Assembly: GCA_008632985.1 (NCBI GenBank)
Contig: QPGO01000010.1
Coordinates: 682,001-746,000, forward strand
Reading direction: 5' to 3'
From: Psammoneis japonica
Lineage: Eukaryota
DNA: 64,000 bases
Under the pieces are notes generated by a model. The model worked only from the letters and a program-made list of their open reading frames with translations. It did no database searches and was not told where the DNA came from. Positions 59,771-64,000 of this stretch are shown in pieces (positions within the stretch are counted from its first letter, which is position 1; each line of letters opens with the position of its first letter). Made by a program: the position numbers and the translations under genes.

Positions 59771-62700
59771 CACTTTTCTACACAAGCACACATCAGTCGT
59801 TTCCACGTGGAATTCTACGAGCTTTTTGTGCCAAGCAGCCGTCACCATGACAACCCCTCCTCCACCGCAGGCTAGCCCCACCGGTGTTCCTCCCCCGGAT
59901 CCTCCCCCCATTGTGGATCACACCCCATTGACTCCAACAAGAACTGGGTCCAAAAAGTCCAACGCGATTGGCCCCAACGAAATCACGATCCGTTTTGAGT
60001 TAACGTCGGCAGAGGATGATGCCTCTACGGTGCCAGCTGTGGGTCACACCACTGTCCTCCATGCCCTGCAACAAAAAGCATCTCAAGATCCTTTGACCCA
60101 CAAAATCTCCATTGTGTCGAATCGAGGAATTGATGTTCCCGATGTCAACGTCGTCGAATGGAATTCTGGACTAACTCATTCGCAACACTTCGTGGTTCAC
60201 TGCGTCGGAGGCACCCGCCGCCGCCCTCCTGCTTGCATCATCGCCCACCGCATCCGCACTGCTTTGACTCTTGCCGAAGTCAGGAATGTTCCCTTTGTTC
60301 ACAAAGTTCTCAAAGATGACGGCATTTACATGCGACGTCATGAATGGGACGAAACCACCGTCGATTTATCTCGTGTTGCCCTTGTTCTCGATTTCGCGCC
60401 AAAGCATTGCCCTGCGGACATTGTTCAGAAACGACTTGTGTCAATTCTACCACCCCGCAGTCGCTCCAAGGTTCCCTTCCGGTTGATTGTTCAATCGGCA
60501 ACATCCCCACTCGACAAGGATGTCAAAGCAACTTTCTGCACAATCGAGACTCCTCGAGACCGAGCCAAAGATGTGATTGCTGCTTTAATGGAAGTGCTGA
60601 AGGATCATCCTTTAGCGGTTGTCTTTACTCGCTGGCGGTGCACCCAACCAGAACAATTCGACAAAGCAGTTCGGAAGCAATGTAAAACCGCAGCGATGCT
60701 CCACGTGATTCCATTGTTGCACTACACTGATGGAATGCATTTTTGCATGTCTGACAAAATTACAACGATCCCCGGAGCAGTGGACGTCGTTCCAGCAAAG
60801 AAGAAAACCTTGATTCCCCGTTGCAACATTCTCGTGGACAAACTGTACTTTCACAAAGCCAAAGAACAAATCACTGAAAACTCATCGGAATGGACAAACG
60901 ATCTTCCGGATGATGAGCTGCCATTTGTTCACCAACCACGTCCTGTGATTCCGGGTCTCAACGACGACATCTCCGATGCAGCTCAGTCCATTGCCTCGGC
61001 GACCATCCAAAGCTGGAAGTCGTCAGACATTTCTGACATCTCGCCTTCTGACTCCCATGCTGCCAAACCTGCTCCACAGCCACCCCCCCCACCGGTTCCA
61101 CGAAACGTCGGGATTCACGGAGGTTTTCAGACCTTTGCCCAAGTGCTGGAAAGTTCCACAAGCGCGGCAGTGCCAAGAGCAACCCCAACTTCAGAGTTGA
61201 CATCTCGGACTGACGACATCGCAGAACTCAAACAAATGGTCTTACAGCACCATCAGGAACAGGATCGTCGGTTAGAGCAGCTAGAACAGCAACATCAGGC
61301 ATCTCTTGAGCAACTTGCATCAAAGTTTCAATCTCTGATTCAAGAAACAATTTCAACCATGTCTCAAGGTGCAGCATCTCCTCAGAGGAAGAAACCTGCA
61401 CTTTCCGCTCCGGCAGGGTCTTCATCTCATCATCCTCCCAACGACACCACTGTGGACGACGCCGAACAAGATGACTCGGTTTTTTCCTGGGGCAGGACCA
61501 GTCGTCTCACCTGCCTGGCTCCCATGACGCACACGCCAGTCGCACTTCTCAGTCTTTCTTCGAGAAAGCACGGCATCACACCCGGGGGTGATGCCCCTTC
61601 GGCAGCACTTAATCCCGCTGCTCAGCAGTGGTCCCAGATGTTGTCAGGCAGAAGTTTTGCACCTCTCTCCAGCACCATTGATCACACTGCTTTGCAACAG
61701 AATGACCCGATTGGAGATCAGTTAGGCCCTAAATCTCCTGAACATGCACGATTGCACGCGTTCAACGCAAACGGATGCGCTCATGACCTCCAAGGCGGCG
61801 ACTTCAATGCATGTTCTCAAGTCGCTGTGGAAGCACAGGCAGATGTCGTTGGAATGTCCGAAACTTGCTTGGACACTGCGCAGTTCAAAGTCCGACAGAG
61901 TTGCTCCAATGCAGTTCGCCAGTCTCTTCATCATGGCCGTTTGACGTTGTCATCCTCCAAGACCACCTTTTCTGCTCCTTACAAACCAGGGGGTGCCGCC
62001 TCATTTTCATGCAATTCCCTGTCTTCACGTTGCCGTACCCAACATGAGGATCCCCCTGGAAGATGGTCCATTCAAATTTTCGATGGACGCCACGGACGGC
62101 AAGTGATGTTTGTGTCTTGTTGTCGAGTTTGCTCCAACTCTTCGGTTGCAGGAAAAACAACAGCTTGTGCTCAACAGGTGGCACTGCTGCGACAACAAGG
62201 GCGAGCGAACCCAGACCCAAGACGATCCTTTTGCACTGACCTGACTCGGATCTTAGAGAGGTTTCTCGATGACACCGACCGAGAGGTCACTCTGTTCGGA
62301 GACTTCAGTGCAGACTTCCGAACTGATGACGACACCCTTGCTTCCATGGCGCAACGGTTCAACATGTCTGATGCAATGTGTTGCCATCAAGAAGACCTTG
62401 AATTTTCCACTTGCATGAGAGGATCTCGTCGGTTAGACTTCGTTTTGGCAACCCCAGGGGCTTTGGCAGCCTCTAGAAAGTGTGGGTGCGAATCTTTCGG
62501 ATGTCGCATGTCTTCGGATCACCGAGCATGTTTTGTCGATTTTGACACAGTGGCATTGTTTGGCAACCCTGCCGTCGACCTGCCACGTGCCAAACACCGT
62601 GACCCAAGCAAATTCTCCCAAACACATCACTGCATGCCTGGAGACAATGGCTTCACTGTCGCACAGCCAAAACGTTACGGTGCGAACCGAAGCCTTGATC

Positions 62701-64000
62701 CAGTCCTCGACTCCAGACCACAGACTCGCAGAGAGACTTGATCGGGACATCCCACAGTTTTCCATGTCGTCTGCAAAGCATTGCCGATGACATGAAGAAC
62801 CAGCATGGTCTGTTAAACTGGCTGGTCTCCGTCGACAGATTTTCGCATTGTCCAGGATGATGTTGATGTTTCGTGCCAAGGTCGACATGGTGCCTTCGAT
62901 TCTACGTGCTAAGTTTGACCTCAAAGATTCCTCCATTCTCCCAATTGCCCTGCAGGAATGTGCGATTGCTCTACGAAAAGCTCAGTCAGAGTGCCGTCAG
63001 GCAGCACGCGAAAGTCAGCAACATCGAGACGAAGAACGAGATGCCTGCATTGCTGAACTCGAACTGGATGGTGCCAAACAATCGAAGGCCACTGCACGAA
63101 TTTTACGGAATCAATGTTGTGCGGAAGAAACTGAGAGGGCATTCAGGAAGATCAATGCATGCAAGAGAGCGGAAGGAGCCAGCATCCGAACCATTCAGAT
63201 TCCTGAAGATCCCAGAGATGATCCCAAAACATGCGAGAATTGGATGACGATCGATGCTCCAGACGATGTGGAATCAGCTCTCCAACACAGAAACCAACGG
63301 CACTTCGGCCAGGCACAAGGCACTCCCCCCACAGTTCCACCTCTGTCAGTCGACTTGGGCCATGAAGGTGACACAGTGATGGCGGATCTAATCCTAGACG
63401 GAGAACACGAAACCAGTCACCTGAACCGTGCTGCTTCGTCATTGATGCAACACCTTCGACGAAGGACTCCATCAGCAGTTTCAAATTCTCTCACCCCAGA
63501 GGCACTTCGCTCAAAGACAAAACTGTGGTCAGAGTCAACGTCTGCCTCCTTGAAGTCAGGGCTGCATTTGGGACACTGGAAAGCCATGCATGCTCCACAC
63601 TCCCATTCCAATGATTGTGATGAAGACGGCATCCCTTCAGATCGGAAAGAGTTGTCAGACTCAGTTCAGCAGTCACTGGTGTCTGTGCGACTCAATCTGA
63701 TCAACTGCGCACTAAAGTGGGGATGCTCACACAAACGGTGGAAGGACATGGTCAATGTTGTGATCTTCAAAGAACCAGGCAACAACAAAATACACCGACT
63801 GCGAGTGATCCACATTTACGAGGCAGACTTTCAACTCATCACAAGCGTGAAGTGGCGTGAGTTAGCCCAGCACATGGAACATCATCGAATGCACAATCCC
63901 GGCATTTGCGGATGTCGCTCCTTCCTCTCTGCTCAAACTCCTGTGTTTCTCGAAAACATGATGCTGGAGACATCGCGCGCCTCACGGAAAACCTTGCTCA
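59771..64000 (+). mobile_element. Non-LTR retrotransposon (LINE), possibly of the diatom Ambal-like clade. ORF1 from ATG 59847; ORF2 with an APE endonuclease (about 61730-62560) and the start of RT running off the window. Frameshift near 62615 and TGA at 62788-62790.
   Basis: APE motifs FNANG, ADVVGMSET, GRWS, LFGDFS, RGSRRLDF, SDHR. Downstream RNQRHFGQAQGTP, WSESTS...SGLHLGH, RWKDMVNVVIFKEPGNNKIHRLRVIHIYEAD. Confidence 0.9.

Noticed and set aside
59430..59846. N-terminal 139 codons of the 1103-aa ORF
   Set aside because: Chance in-frame read-through of repeat copy 2, the TPMT fragment and the LINE 5' UTR; the real start is probably 59847.
6650..64000. Classical fungal RIP or plain 5mC deamination as the sole explanation of the composition
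   Set aside because: Both are C>T processes; RIP increases TpA, and neither produces the TA>TG/CA changes seen in the TPMT and LTR alignments.

Overview
Eukaryotic nuclear DNA, most likely from a diatom (inferred from short GT-AG introns, a PSxxPS stalk protein, a signal-peptide-bearing proteasome beta3 and diatom-type retroelements). The window alternates between small islands of intact genes and long tracts of decayed repeats. Islands: 1-6.6 kb, mucin-like surface protein; 22.2-25.4 kb, ASC-1/RQT4-like zinc-finger protein, proteasome beta3 and thioredoxin; 33.4-37.6 kb, 2/2 haemoglobin and TPMT-family methyltransferase; 43.8-45.4 kb and 47.6-50.2 kb, two uncharacterised membrane proteins. 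The repeat tracts hold a full-length Ty3/Gypsy element (LTRs, TSD, PPT), a Copia remnant, the 5' part of a LINE, TIR elements, satellites and dead copies of host genes. The main signal is a repeat-confined hypermutation process that converts TpA to TpG or CpA (A:T>G:C), on top of ordinary CpG>TpG/CpA decay. It can be read directly from duplicated sequences in this window. By hand count, all 23 TpA of the intact TPMT CDS are gone from its pseudogene copy while 14 CpG are still present there. The two LTRs and the two TPMT copies resolve the same ancestral TA sites reciprocally (TG in one, CA in the other). Younger elements have lost TpA but kept CpG. The parent gene and a highly repetitive coding gene are untouched, which differs from fungal RIP. 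Most ORFs in the supplied track are Cys/His-rich, Tyr-poor by-products of this process.
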